Shown piece by piece: positions 36,701-38,765 of a DNA stretch of 64,000 bases (position 1 is the first letter of the stretch; each line of letters begins with the position of its first letter). The notes under the pieces were generated by a model. That model made no database searches. It was not told the DNA's origin and saw nothing but the letters and a program-made list of their open reading frames with translations. Source of the stretch: Clostridiales bacterium (GTDB taxonomy: Bacteria > Bacillota > Clostridia > Christensenellales > UBA1242); the NCBI GenBank assembly GCA_015055665.1, contig SVHX01000001.1, positions 1,109-65,108 on the forward strand, given 5' to 3'. The translations under genes were made by a program, and so were the position numbers.

Positions 36701-38551
36701 AGTTGGACATATACGGCATCATTAGCTGGTGGAGCTACAAACACATTATTCGAATACTGCAATTATATTAGTGGATTGGTTAGCAATATTGATGGTGTTG
36801 CTAGTGGTTTAGTTGGTTATCTAGATGCTACTTCAATTGTATATGGATGTAGTGTAACAGGATATAACGAAGCTGAGATTGACAATGGCCATCTTGGAGA
36901 ACTACATAATTCTGCTAACTTTGGCGACGATTATGGTGGAAGAGTTATGTCTAATTATGTTGCAGTTGGATTAGTTGGAATCAATATTGGAACACTTAAA
37001 GAAAGTTACTTTAATGGTATCATTACTCGAAGTATAGCTAATAGCATTGTTGATAGTCGAACTCGTGATTCTGCAATTGCAATTGTAAATGTTGGAATTA
37101 CTAAGGATTGTTATGCTAAAGGTTTATTCAAAGATTATGATCTAGTTAATTCGCACATTTTTGCTGGATTGTATGATAATAGTGGATCACTAGAAAATAC
37201 TTACATTGCTATGAGTACATATAATTTTGATAATGTAAATTATTATATTATTTACTATAATGGTGGTGACACAATGGCTCGTAACTACTATCTAGTTGAT
37301 CTAGCAAGTGATCCTAAGGTTGCAGAGGGCTTGACTCGAGTATGTGGTGAAGGTAGTCTGACTACCGCGCAGATGCAGCAGATTAGTGACGAAGATCTTA
37401 GCGACTGGAGAACATTTAAGAAGAGTAGCGGTTGGGACTTCCGCGATATATGGACATATATTGATGGATACAATAGGGATTATCCTGTACTTCGTAAGAT
37501 ATATGGACCTGGACTATCTGAGATAGCGATTACTATATACAATCCGCACATGATGGTTGGTAGCACTCCTGTGCAGCTTGGAGATATGGTAATTAACCTA
37601 GACGAAGATATCCTAGAGTGGAACGACACAACTGGTGTATACAGTATCTATGGAGAGCTTAATACTCATCCAACGCTCAATATACCAGTGCTAACACTTA
37701 TGTATACAGTGCCTATTGATTATATCAACGAGATTGTTGTATCTAATACTGGAGAAGGTCTCATTACGAGTGTAATCTTTGGAGAGAGATATCCAGCAGG
37801 AACCGACCTTAATGGAACTATTCTTGAATCGGAAATCACTAATTATAGCGAATATGCGGGCAAGAATAAGGCAACAAATGATGGAACGACATACAACAAT
37901 AATGATGATATTGTTATTACTCAGATGTTTGATGAGAAGTACTATGGACTATTCATCACTTACGAAGAGAGAGATTTCAATATCACAGTTAATGCTGATA
38001 TGACAGCTCATGCTGATACTGATGGAGTACTAGAGACTGACATTATGACAGTTGTATTAGTACATTGTGATGATTCTGGTGTAGTTGATTATGCTTATAC
38101 AATTACATTAGGTGATGGCGATACTGTAAGTCTAACTGATATCTATAATGGTACTTATGACAAGCAGTATGACAATACCGATTACAAAGGCAACACAAGG
38201 AGTCTTACATACGACGACTTTGGCTCGTGGACGATATACGCATATCTACCACTATTCTACGAGAACAATACTACTGATGTTGGTATAACTAATACTATTG
38301 ATACTACTCATCCAACACTAAGTAATATCGATAGGAAGATATACGACTTAAGTAGTAACACAGTTGTTGATGCAACTGCTCCAAGTATATTACCTTTAAG
38401 CGGTATTAATAATAGTCAGATTGGTGTTAATTGTTTAGGTACATTTACACTAGATACAATGGTTAGAGATGTTACAATTAACATTACTATCCATAAGGCT
38501 CTCGAACACTGGTTACATGCTAGTGCAAGTAATGGTTATTCTAACTATTAA
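9797..38551 (+). CDS. Giant (9,584 aa) N-terminally membrane-anchored surface protein: multi-module parallel beta-helix (GLUG-motif type) adhesin-like protein with a long Thr/Ser/Asn-rich beta-sandwich stalk
   Basis: One uninterrupted 28,755-nt ORF in AT-rich DNA, with AGGAG ~10 nt upstream of the ATG. The N-terminus is a K/R-rich stretch plus a ~23-aa hydrophobic helix (LIQSILIGLVMVLSGIFSVAAY). At least 9 modules start with a (D/N)P(F/Y)xI...L..L...-xxxxL(T)A(D/N)IDL...W.P(I/V)...F.G.(I/L)DG.G(Y/H).I.N(L) cap. These are followed by GG(V/I/L)(V/L)G-type GLUG-like rungs and end in a ...(Q/E)M......(W/F)DF..(V/I)W......YP(V/I)L-like cap. There is no LPXTG or other C-terminal sorting signal. Confidence 0.9.
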   Translation: MVKSNKPNFRVKHPYGYLIQSILIGLVMVLSGIFSVAAYNVFTGMDKSSPSINTEAVGGVTDTVETDQELPTHYDPNGDYPIIGSGTSADPFLVTSWAELLFLNHVAKNVYSYDELYISIANDIFISSARVTYYEYDGYEYTEVYGWTNLSTAPTLHIMGNDFTIFLDFTDRSDFSLFDEINSCTVTDLNILENTSGTVTYKHSVFASCIFNSYIHDVRFSVGPNRTTIIYDEPAKASYNNGSGLLAMFSAGTTFTNCVVDLSNAAGGGITLQTTSIFKFSLITNSGVPSVYTSKPLDYTYNQFYGCSVSGLITHKCLTNSTSSSCIAGISEYIGRTGFNIYPRIWYCYSDIQFALTASASNPAYTASGGKLYASAFSNFFYSGMQAQYNYFGAESLINTINTSYYTVARADYLSLGTFFTYIQGSALTNSTVVRYNYNSELFETDAGFFNAHDNQYVSYCYFYSVAVTRGPNGGGKTAAYMYTTLAYNESMPSGPWVKSTRADDCFNTTTARVMPVNILPSHTDTYAQTTATTDSDGYYLVDTPAKMMYVDYLSRYMMEAGSYKIKVKLTANIDMSGYLWAPLVDYFTGGPTIDGAGFTISNLTMDQHRNAAVGNTTILTGSSTGTRTPGYAYALGLIGNIRGAATIQNLKMSATNIITYSHNYNTFHINRDVADSSEGIHAIYGAGVDSTSTTGIGSYANNQPVAAGCFVGSAAYFGHAGYVGGTVTPVGNAVNIYNSTNINTTIHFRSTPITNAAYVTVPVNTVLTGTRSMYTSSCIGRLLKTTVTLDGVVTSGFVNNTAVNATNKPGSIIGNITKTNSSGSSYTSTITASSVYAETSATTNYIQDIIGVARYATSLQTLNVTDCILLNTATNSDLTYPANRLLTDNDMTTYANEGGSTTTMSNIASYAKSTSAEIWGVYSICEDCNYGSSLVSNNPASYKASSSYDDFYQIDFVLYKCEPSAVFYEVTGSGTTLNTNGVYVPSGSGGDRTSDITSLKFARLPHEQLVLDNSQYTHIVADEDMAAYYGATFDDGENCCGYRPSSSNFDYNTTMSSGLAALASACNADYTYYVPIVVTAPITGPRYFFVTESDDFRGTWSVTLTGTGTLTQVQDFQTGANYNPSSLSTLGTTYRARLYKVSGYNSSTQIVMSCTNQIAYGELYSTNTTNVKDYAASFWTWAYSSGKNKTEQLKPCTKGTTGAISSGATNKTLTLPVSQIRASYDTDNAVVYGDVEHFIASYNTTESAETATNYASFDIDIYNRFVTATINGVGRPLISGGVSIYNEEGTEREANMGYTRYYEMLILSGRIVGLSAEWSYFEDPFGASFVSEYWVDKNNKGILAHPNTNYGHYNTHATPISTSTDYSDIVAQYVDMSALPTYYTYLVIAACDPNSLAGIRVNIETDNLWSDGAYGDFAYTSSTIPLSFNGTPLTDGDILEFFVTNTIEMNFDLLNADNQVEYCKIEFGIEEYDEESYKYVLSEVLYTLYITGNTNGIINTTTTLSSATSPSRMLSLTSFEMPYTYFDTYNEDDEWYTDVDYMQVTFGVLSYSMVGKAVASRYSGPTLTNNTYTITNPLDWMVLSSKTITSDVTIELANDINFETFNYATPLGLSGDLTGIRFASSGITLSMSGLGATKGSLTVDGNGYTITGITMMVATGLFGGFVNSMIIRDISFHEPYANNSPSYANFNQFYCVAQTVFGQLLGSAGPIYTADNVNVTSSSRTIDHGMVIFSIRSLQTGTVEMATDVTITHCSIDVKIKLHDGYSVLNMAVSPFFVSEYNTINSNHYYVSITGTYIFSDCYMVVDYETTTSIVDYFYIGEKYMTNCYFVGYDLKCTYLTVDRSVTYSAGTKGKLYYQPTAHGTINNSTTYFTNLITCTALTDAQMKQKSSFSGFTFGQGNWYMDTGATGYNSSYKQINRGYPVIWNSGITVAEEATLSFKVNGVALSNTTINSNMYYTVDADQTTYRVYHTNGSTNTTLGHSSHEVLFTLTSDAGKFQTSQGASMNLIFTGPNTSWANSDANRDRGYGFKINGVKYKTTALSLTTPSSGVMTIPISSYEASSNTIEVSVETLYVVLIGLREGGLASNVANSGYIAPGSDSGNYTAWGTIIGHKYYFYKKIDFNLKTTYASVIIYTDGCYTFPSSGSSNDMMTFYDTTNRKYQSDSTTVYKRSFNVASGTITSLNYTATKPTSTVDGTNNNYLVYDSTGSTTGGNIMWYLVRTVVVTSTVSGTAGASTGNFTFQIGTNTELNGNYGNQTQYRYQFGYDLNHHYRESTVTIRITTADQYKKIATCYTSNSPGGTAVYDLVAAANALRGSNYSDYHIKNIVLVITPSFNAMADSTGNVTMTVTFAKVGQADVELSGTSAGGSDIGQSLFGQTVKFGSSYDASRTALAFNMSYADATLPVTLNVTHVGTTPANATNDKITVTYGGTSTAQTLTGQTSKTAKAYTYQVLPGAAATFTISGVTAVTNSTGFPFLIYKSNNYNVRFVWSTSAITNLSTSTLTDDLSYTTGTISAATTLYLYIVEVQAYTMTSSISSTYKCEVLDLMSSKSITVNLSYKNNSGTAIATQTGVQTYSSSATVFSDVTISGYTTIPTVAVTSSSATSSDYTFSGNPLTATTGKKLNLSGLVTNASNGTITGPATATNSATAATGSTWTVKTVTIKVYVLNLDLQDEASPNIYYWGIGSNSALNSVVSLSSLSGDISVSSVKLFNVVKSTESSRNIYTITMAKASPVKITRGDDYGSNSRILMPITMNPNEQAMEQYTHVAGNYIGVRGYILSSETASTPAEIIFTYAPLVTIGIASSELADVSYNSVQAKALKHDAITNETISANVYSGGSNNNVTIAPEASNNTAKTYTYNLGSTNSSTPVDIKITITASVSVAGYDFYGWYVGAHGVITSASANTTSTGAKTSVRYVIDNSGTTKSLTIYMNQDCFSYNIASGNYSATVNFYPIFRERIVASGTTNSSLTVNGKIKAELIDTYSSTSSTIYTVNNTSQASASVNNKNLYYYGIYYLSTTPGTYAITGTTLNGGSETGWNGTAAKNAEIVKGTALSGACQIVVNATSRHSFTESNPQYTYIDKTSKDNAGNAGVSFISTHDLSSGSYTYTNWKYGIGSGTTFTNYANNNANYLLTHYTVTIDTTKLVLRVGVSGATYTDDVGTYTFAVNNYCVLSATLTNNFGSTSHSITVQAHFIERPAVVAVTGGDATVGAVTSGVTMRYVRIGSTVSSYSGGVVFTDMGGTATTINTKTSLGSIDGLTYFRYDLGSSKVLASIQLSGTTTGAQIVEISNDGSNWYTVADVFMGDNVTALIDFIADSHINTSAETYYPLVGGYTYIIRSSESDCKYATYTTIPTEDPASGTSVTASGVTINLSSNSGTVYLYVNKNFNIVISNATTLGSLGTQNIFTSVANRSSYNSVGIRLVNSHDTYIDHYNTTNYVQHNLTGLSITPITVYSYKYIKFGAISSVLDMKTDVINDNDSSNNSYIDTALSNLTYAPTTNVGNYYRYFRKSNSASGASDAVKNAHKMRYDYTGNIPLWATLSTTSNTDTSTINATWTSNATTSIVVTFNDTGANTTYNLKGTYTEKTLTRYFGCGHASNAHSGCGVDNTTLTIHTNSRTHTGTYSGATYKVTSIISSNAIASTVFGTGMQGTTVGNRGDLTITAGYFTIFKVETDNNINGNTGNDLVDKWTIVDSVVSSNNSTFNQYKGASRSSYSANVSDAIYGNWIQTETIKTVATYPTNTVRIYHAFVIPVRVSLDAKIVQRNTSLTINYIDDATYNSANDDKLYFEMKWGSIAVGIISVTQGGGSSYLRWDSTNKNIILKSGIAYDVQFNETYDYMGICHYDSNTNKSKHGNVTYVTSTSSTNAYKESANKHYEPTTDDWLKLAIGSNTSGMSSGATLTLTAYFNLYGRIFVNGYDVTSSREPINDATISYTGGVVTNIASGTNTRSITYTTSSAAGSNTYAYFLEGSNPVFVANKGRNSARTIATLPQNVYRVSNFTDRTAFGSGKTPTVAKGTSAMSYSDTSNSKFVKDRLTHTTHADEVGQGGGSDHYYVVIYQTYIPHKVGILAMQFDMTMGNTQSGISTAINGVVSGYQCTVSYETSVFVYTDTFGNKLYVWGNSACNAVPAMTMEGLIPVGGGYIASTNLYYSYNESESPAVYEFNKWTLYDSYASSNWATSDSATNPSAVNTLGASHYTCFISNSYAYPSTTYSVVLKLDYVFTVNLVYRIKTASTGSYSITTQFAGNNFVSIGTSSSPSWKSVANANIALTYSATSRNIYVAAKAPNVSDVRFRIEAFKFATSIDAAGDTLITCNTSSDTALNKGYGYINHNITINNATHGYYFVDIIPVYSFGYATGNDADVVSNNNYSVETYVSTTASNGKYEGLTGFDESLSGYSYAVSGTTYYDAWSVLTITPQLIDGFSGYHKTGTKVGWESANGVTNWVTNVPIATTTSGIYTVTFNPYSSGTTLWDKSFFTGLKYNVQEKTITVNVYLGLVDTAGNSVTYTNALALPQATVVFTTDNISDASVTRTIAADTTLTSMESAAYTKGYYGWVQAVVTITNAGTNTYLFHETDQFRTTGNNITCSSAIVNSITGHNINTESLTTNRLTGTLKLIDDIPASPDKSTTAYLTSSSTNGNIVVSANLVQLFYATINIMTLGEDGISNSDTPLDSFAITNNKVFADGTAGGSTFAIVYDSGIKGYKITTQIEYLDDLSFSLDTIIEPKYSEGTYIRGYIYSFISVNGGRNITSSVNTTNNVMTVNSADMYQAVTIDIYYIPVVELELNISAGKGTLETTFANFNNDGGSNESVGYYTYSGGNATYNNRTNLIYATADTKPTGSVSIATAAISNTQTITATSSAVTRYVYIPMLHAANSKTNLAPVYYTSTATAYVENSANLADRERYIPDVLTYYVTAYSMHNTYVYTFDGNTYTREEMASGFKSDGTAIAQRETANPDVTLTTNFAKTIGTTNYTQYPTNYPASASDTSKLANNFIPMYAKYSSGDNHEGNHRVTCNFLKEYTFSYETYLSYVHANENYMTMKIDGNTYSEYDDVSGTTGRILNFTNIHVTTADAEQELILDWDTDTYEAIYYTSSKKTSSASADVVNVGAPVISDSVAKIINISDLGSNNAYYISQKYVQKSNLTININPTNFTADDQPQISIAQSPVDPGTKVPSGATPIGTSSTFIGSVASNVYTPNNVYVHNATSEVNTISAVLQSDVNYTLCAEYLDPNIFGYYFAGFYFQGQSTSIENITPEDYLSKVEPPTNITINGETILGYTYTFSPLTVLNNTIIARYIRIDQPNDIINISGNAHVEISYSSATSLGAIAAGNTYKTDMTKYSQPINTIQKEDREVSSVTRNFVIFDIYPGYKTDITTVVTGYKNSTLDLTTNFSYGKVSGQNYYRLAIFIGNFTNNGLTDLYHDYALLISIVAKSQTWADNTLAVSKTNGVYKVANGYQLAYCLYNPDIAGSADTEIELTANIDLEDYLWIPVNNFRGTINAKSYTIYNINTATNSTTITNGAPDPSNTTTGLTSIGNSSGLYGTIDARFQNEYDNTEEYDTRGKVFHTSIGGSPNIGDIDSLANEITYYTYAEQTGTGLLGYTENAEIYDLRIAAYNNVYYNTTKVSSNYPYLVMGSMVATANNTYIVNSSINNYGGVGVSYSSLMSVPTIVPIGMLVGKMTGFGIIDGVNVISGTNLSSTVSGPQDAGSYVGGVLGMSSTATAKTYSTSSVSASTHIINVSQLANFSVSSSTATAGVVAIQDTDAVIYISETILGITGSASGSLAPLCQNISDSSDIKVDNTYVSQFVTNASNTTVTSTSGIANNFNNGKWKLSGATPVALRRAIRDTYTPTNVSIADNTTYLITTGQELINHLYSAQTSYSSATGVKLRITNNIDLGNIIWRSYNLPAGYTLDGGGYTITGLLLNDEKPYTADGLTGSAFASCGLVNNVYGTIKNVVISDAYSIIVGDDTVNNEATNSSYDIDDVDIDYFGFVARTLQAAGRVQQSIISGLNESYTNATVIKIGGVVGSDITASNGLYEVEFTGTIDVYSYIKAFTIGGISATSGDANARLHSAAKINVYNLAPTTTSYIGGIIGNSTTGQTLTDSYYGNGSSIDIHGLSATNIKIGTISGGSSNLTRVYNGYNTNYPISGVSASSTNVYSLFGTSKNLEPTKANTLALAKANMTGYDFINVWTVNTDISGTGYPYPILIGNLNAHDITLIAEIEGMGSGETAINAGTIVDHATNYNGDATWGNSYHIDSTLSGDNKLNTQIAKALHSTTLTSHTVTVTPATGYHIARIELDDVTIYSGRMTYESNNNDPQTFDINTMFSTYESSFTAQYAKTLAEESEHTIKVVFSKDFWYIESGIYDLTSGAYQNNDNTDGSGASPTAYGVMASKYGQITTTTSNTFNLTHANGSDLYNNNSAGNTNHWTLANSKTDYYYIDTYPTLESTVSFTFNSRVEYGSGNSIIASRLVGWVYVPIISSNINTSITVSELIANNAYMMISNTGAVSFGTPTGGYTNYIEELFDNSKLDNSGITTDNTTITYTTKDGDKVTNNYISGSTITVRPEESPYGSGVFYAVVEYIAVGSFNDQIHTHIHDIDECFTDGVITCNDDFHAISHTVTSGAFSSSDKEAANCIISTDSTIKYRDEAGSQIDITWGDYIPNGAGHSEDAPQVTLTLANIIAGRVIGRFARTFYDLETDTVRTWYYVYDEVATTVLNTIYEINGSTKTIIFNRKDGEAPVNYDQYINHINNFRVENFTTVTTDPVTGIKYATSELRLTNWTIEYAGQYTFFLRENLYDVTTQITNPQNETETLVYVSSQELGTSGRSSTFLAGVKTDENGVSYYKIGAGSYAVLENNIVHEEVVMAGVYNLIVQVHYNAGSIIIFTQIPNNYFMHHTFKTGSKYRLSDKVGVLARDLTDPTTGLNTVSKTTSYTQTAVNTGVRDNGYLYYIYEVDSTITDIDKTYFYDYGRLTNEAANMIIEVTFEEDKFTYFDQLGLDVTGLTTATPESVTVTGDASITDAEGFISKYIDFTLVSGDNGLTRDTAFVLNNPYKLGYLAYLINEGVQINGKGASQYIYQVVGTLDMYDRYWDTISIFINGTIFGTNINENLYTTATIDNLQLSASDESGFIDLFVGATISDINFTNMDYNHDATHTYNSYILFNLLVSATLDRISVTGTKVDCNNSVGLIYNFGATSILNESYIGLVTKAGSSSNPNGKFIFEAVDKHATIKDSYINVGGYLGNDYTTLLPQCHNTIIEKSGTSTTHTVSGTNHIIDSNFYTKSESEAKSILTDIDTTRIWKYNATTKTFDMVKLQTYELANVAYKVSGTAPTAGDGSKYNPYIIDSLAKYYWFVDKMNTDASYNDDAKYYALGADIDFAGYYVDVIDDFRANLDGRGYVLKNMYYYNNTLVNFAPIITNNGVVDRLYISNINLKSVYTDYSTDTYSAGLISSNNGTLSRTSINGNMISNASYHAGAVAHNYSDGIVDTVIISKNNTINSNIISSAAGESDVVAGVIALDEATTANMLGVEDTNILGYCNIAGVTYSETYISVSNLYSKNIYIGQYNVQNASVVVLNSDTVISISNIYSTATYGNDDDIEGLVVYNLGDGDINITYAYALSQASVPVAYSEGGAVNSVMTESLSASEMTTTKFDPSSWDYARVWSVYGSTPVFKYFNDNIIQLPFGEDYDYIDASTIDDVYGATNQYYTYNIDANDNNRRVAGKYIVVRNASTGDNYIIEVLSGSENGVNIMQTGVGGSTLSQREIVINPDGTIYIYKGATATINVTSVMYRHITEIRLRNYNDTSVDDIEENTQGYQMTYDGDYTNNHRLTDGNKVGVTFTIIPTLDISDMYDRDRFDYYVTISDAIDTYDVSLSRTQNTSTTNNLIYDATITDGTNTVTIRNNIADKDMADGEKLTLSNIEHGKTVTISLALNPTILAKVDENIRVDKWRLKGSMDNNLLLSDVTITDSQWDETYGITNALNDLEGAGYTALPIENDINNITSATAYYDVTAGRISITFTATTTTCGEYVVDLVHQWLVQVSMKISTDAGENYPDVWLSGSANGETLFTDRTLSQVVDANGNTIGYNRQYIDADGTTVNTLNHGIYTIGNTNYNYNATGNIEYPFNYLPEATRNVSYQNIFVDNGNSINVYTSHTRNYTFNGFTDSGTNTIRTDTLSQHSADYIILYHYVTLTITRAYSGTNAANRFIAHYTPAIHNVNVIVSEGEIWDYNQHNGEVEAPASVLAGNDISDDKVTGTNINSSVLHGESITIKTLPDIRYILNFVEVKYYNYITDENEVRKYRLNSNGTISYVGYKPAQLSLPTMEIYSDGSWITSTISMPYTEPVVNSTGDKIRTYEIVLNNVYGDIEVNIDYIRLYWNDTPTTTTTPSPSGKTATGAIDNPYIIDSAQDWGWIVDNASESNNYFEGKYFEVTADIDFEARFMPSIPVFNGTIIGNGHSFSNVILDGNELLLLLLDGANDQGSILGRRNYLGEYKAIICEQESLMIYYGLICVSHAGQIRDLDFVGLDLRVVNTAPAEDLDLIVGSIVAYSDSQYLDGWTLRDVTIDNTSNISVTDSYSTTENASLIVGGMLGASARNGVEYSNNMADITVNINNIICTHPEYMNSHVVGGVVGVGNIRNSINYGDINVTSNQAVLVGGVLGFGNSTLLMYADALINHGNLTLNSSAEGVAGIAAIGCYNGTIYDSYNTGVVSATGGYTAYAAANTVNGYSTTSINSDAAFDEGFEYFHYYDVSSLSEANKMAESSYAEFDFDAEWTIDTSESSTYKYPRLWFECANGSWADTDFSGITLNSLYVSGLDAYVISTAEELAYMSYITNRNTSGYEALDGKTFIIASADGIDMSGKWWQPIDTDISLNIIGINIDKANLRAFDVSHLGADQGVSIIGLTSRINGFIHTIGNTTTQSRVAGINIEKLTVASDIESEFEIDGVSWTYTASLAGGATNTLFEYCNYISGLVSNIDGVASGLVGYLDATSIVYGCSVTGYNEAEIDNGHLGELHNSANFGDDYGGRVMSNYVAVGLVGINIGTLKESYFNGIITRSIANSIVDSRTRDSAIAIVNVGITKDCYAKGLFKDYDLVNSHIFAGLYDNSGSLENTYIAMSTYNFDNVNYYIIYYNGGDTMARNYYLVDLASDPKVAEGLTRVCGEGSLTTAQMQQISDEDLSDWRTFKKSSGWDFRDIWTYIDGYNRDYPVLRKIYGPGLSEIAITIYNPHMMVGSTPVQLGDMVINLDEDILEWNDTTGVYSIYGELNTHPTLNIPVLTLMYTVPIDYINEIVVSNTGEGLITSVIFGERYPAGTDLNGTILESEITNYSEYAGKNKATNDGTTYNNNDDIVITQMFDEKYYGLFITYEERDFNITVNADMTAHADTDGVLETDIMTVVLVHCDDSGVVDYAYTITLGDGDTVSLTDIYNGTYDKQYDNTDYKGNTRSLTYDDFGSWTIYAYLPLFYENNTTDVGITNTIDTTHPTLSNIDRKIYDLSSNTVVDATAPSILPLSGINNSQIGVNCLGTFTLDTMVRDVTINITIHKALEHWLHASASNGYSNY

Positions 38552-38574
38552 TATTGGTGATATCCAATAAATCA

Positions 38575-38621
38575 CAAAAAAAGACTCTAATAGGGTTATT
38601 CCTATAAGAGTCTTTTTTTTT
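38575..38621 (+). terminator. Rho-independent terminator of the giant gene
   Basis: An A-run, a 14-bp stem AAGACTCTAATAGG-GTTATT-CCTATAAGAGTCTT (one mismatch) and a T9 run, about 25 nt after the stop. Confidence 0.8.
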
Positions 38622-38723
38622 GTGGCTATGAGAAAGATGTGTTTGAGGAAAGTGAATTGGTTGGATATTGGTATTGATGTGGCGGCGGCGGAGTCGTGTT
38701 AGCTAAGGAGTAGTCGCCGACAC

Positions 38724-38756
38724 AATAAAAAGCACCCAGCGGCTAAGTTGGGTGCT
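38724..38756 (-). terminator. Rho-independent terminator of the ABC operon (minus strand)
   Basis: The stem AGCACCCA/TGGGTGCT has a 10-nt loop. On the minus strand it is followed by TTTTTATT, just downstream of the permease stop. Confidence 0.7.
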
Positions 38757-38765
38757 AATATTATA

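Noticed and set aside
38622-38723. A GC-richer patch (GGCGGCGGCGGAGTCG...) between the two convergent terminators after the giant gene.
   Set aside because: It holds no ORF, no convincing structure beyond a 5-bp stem, and no repeat partner in the window. It is most simply inter-terminator spacer.
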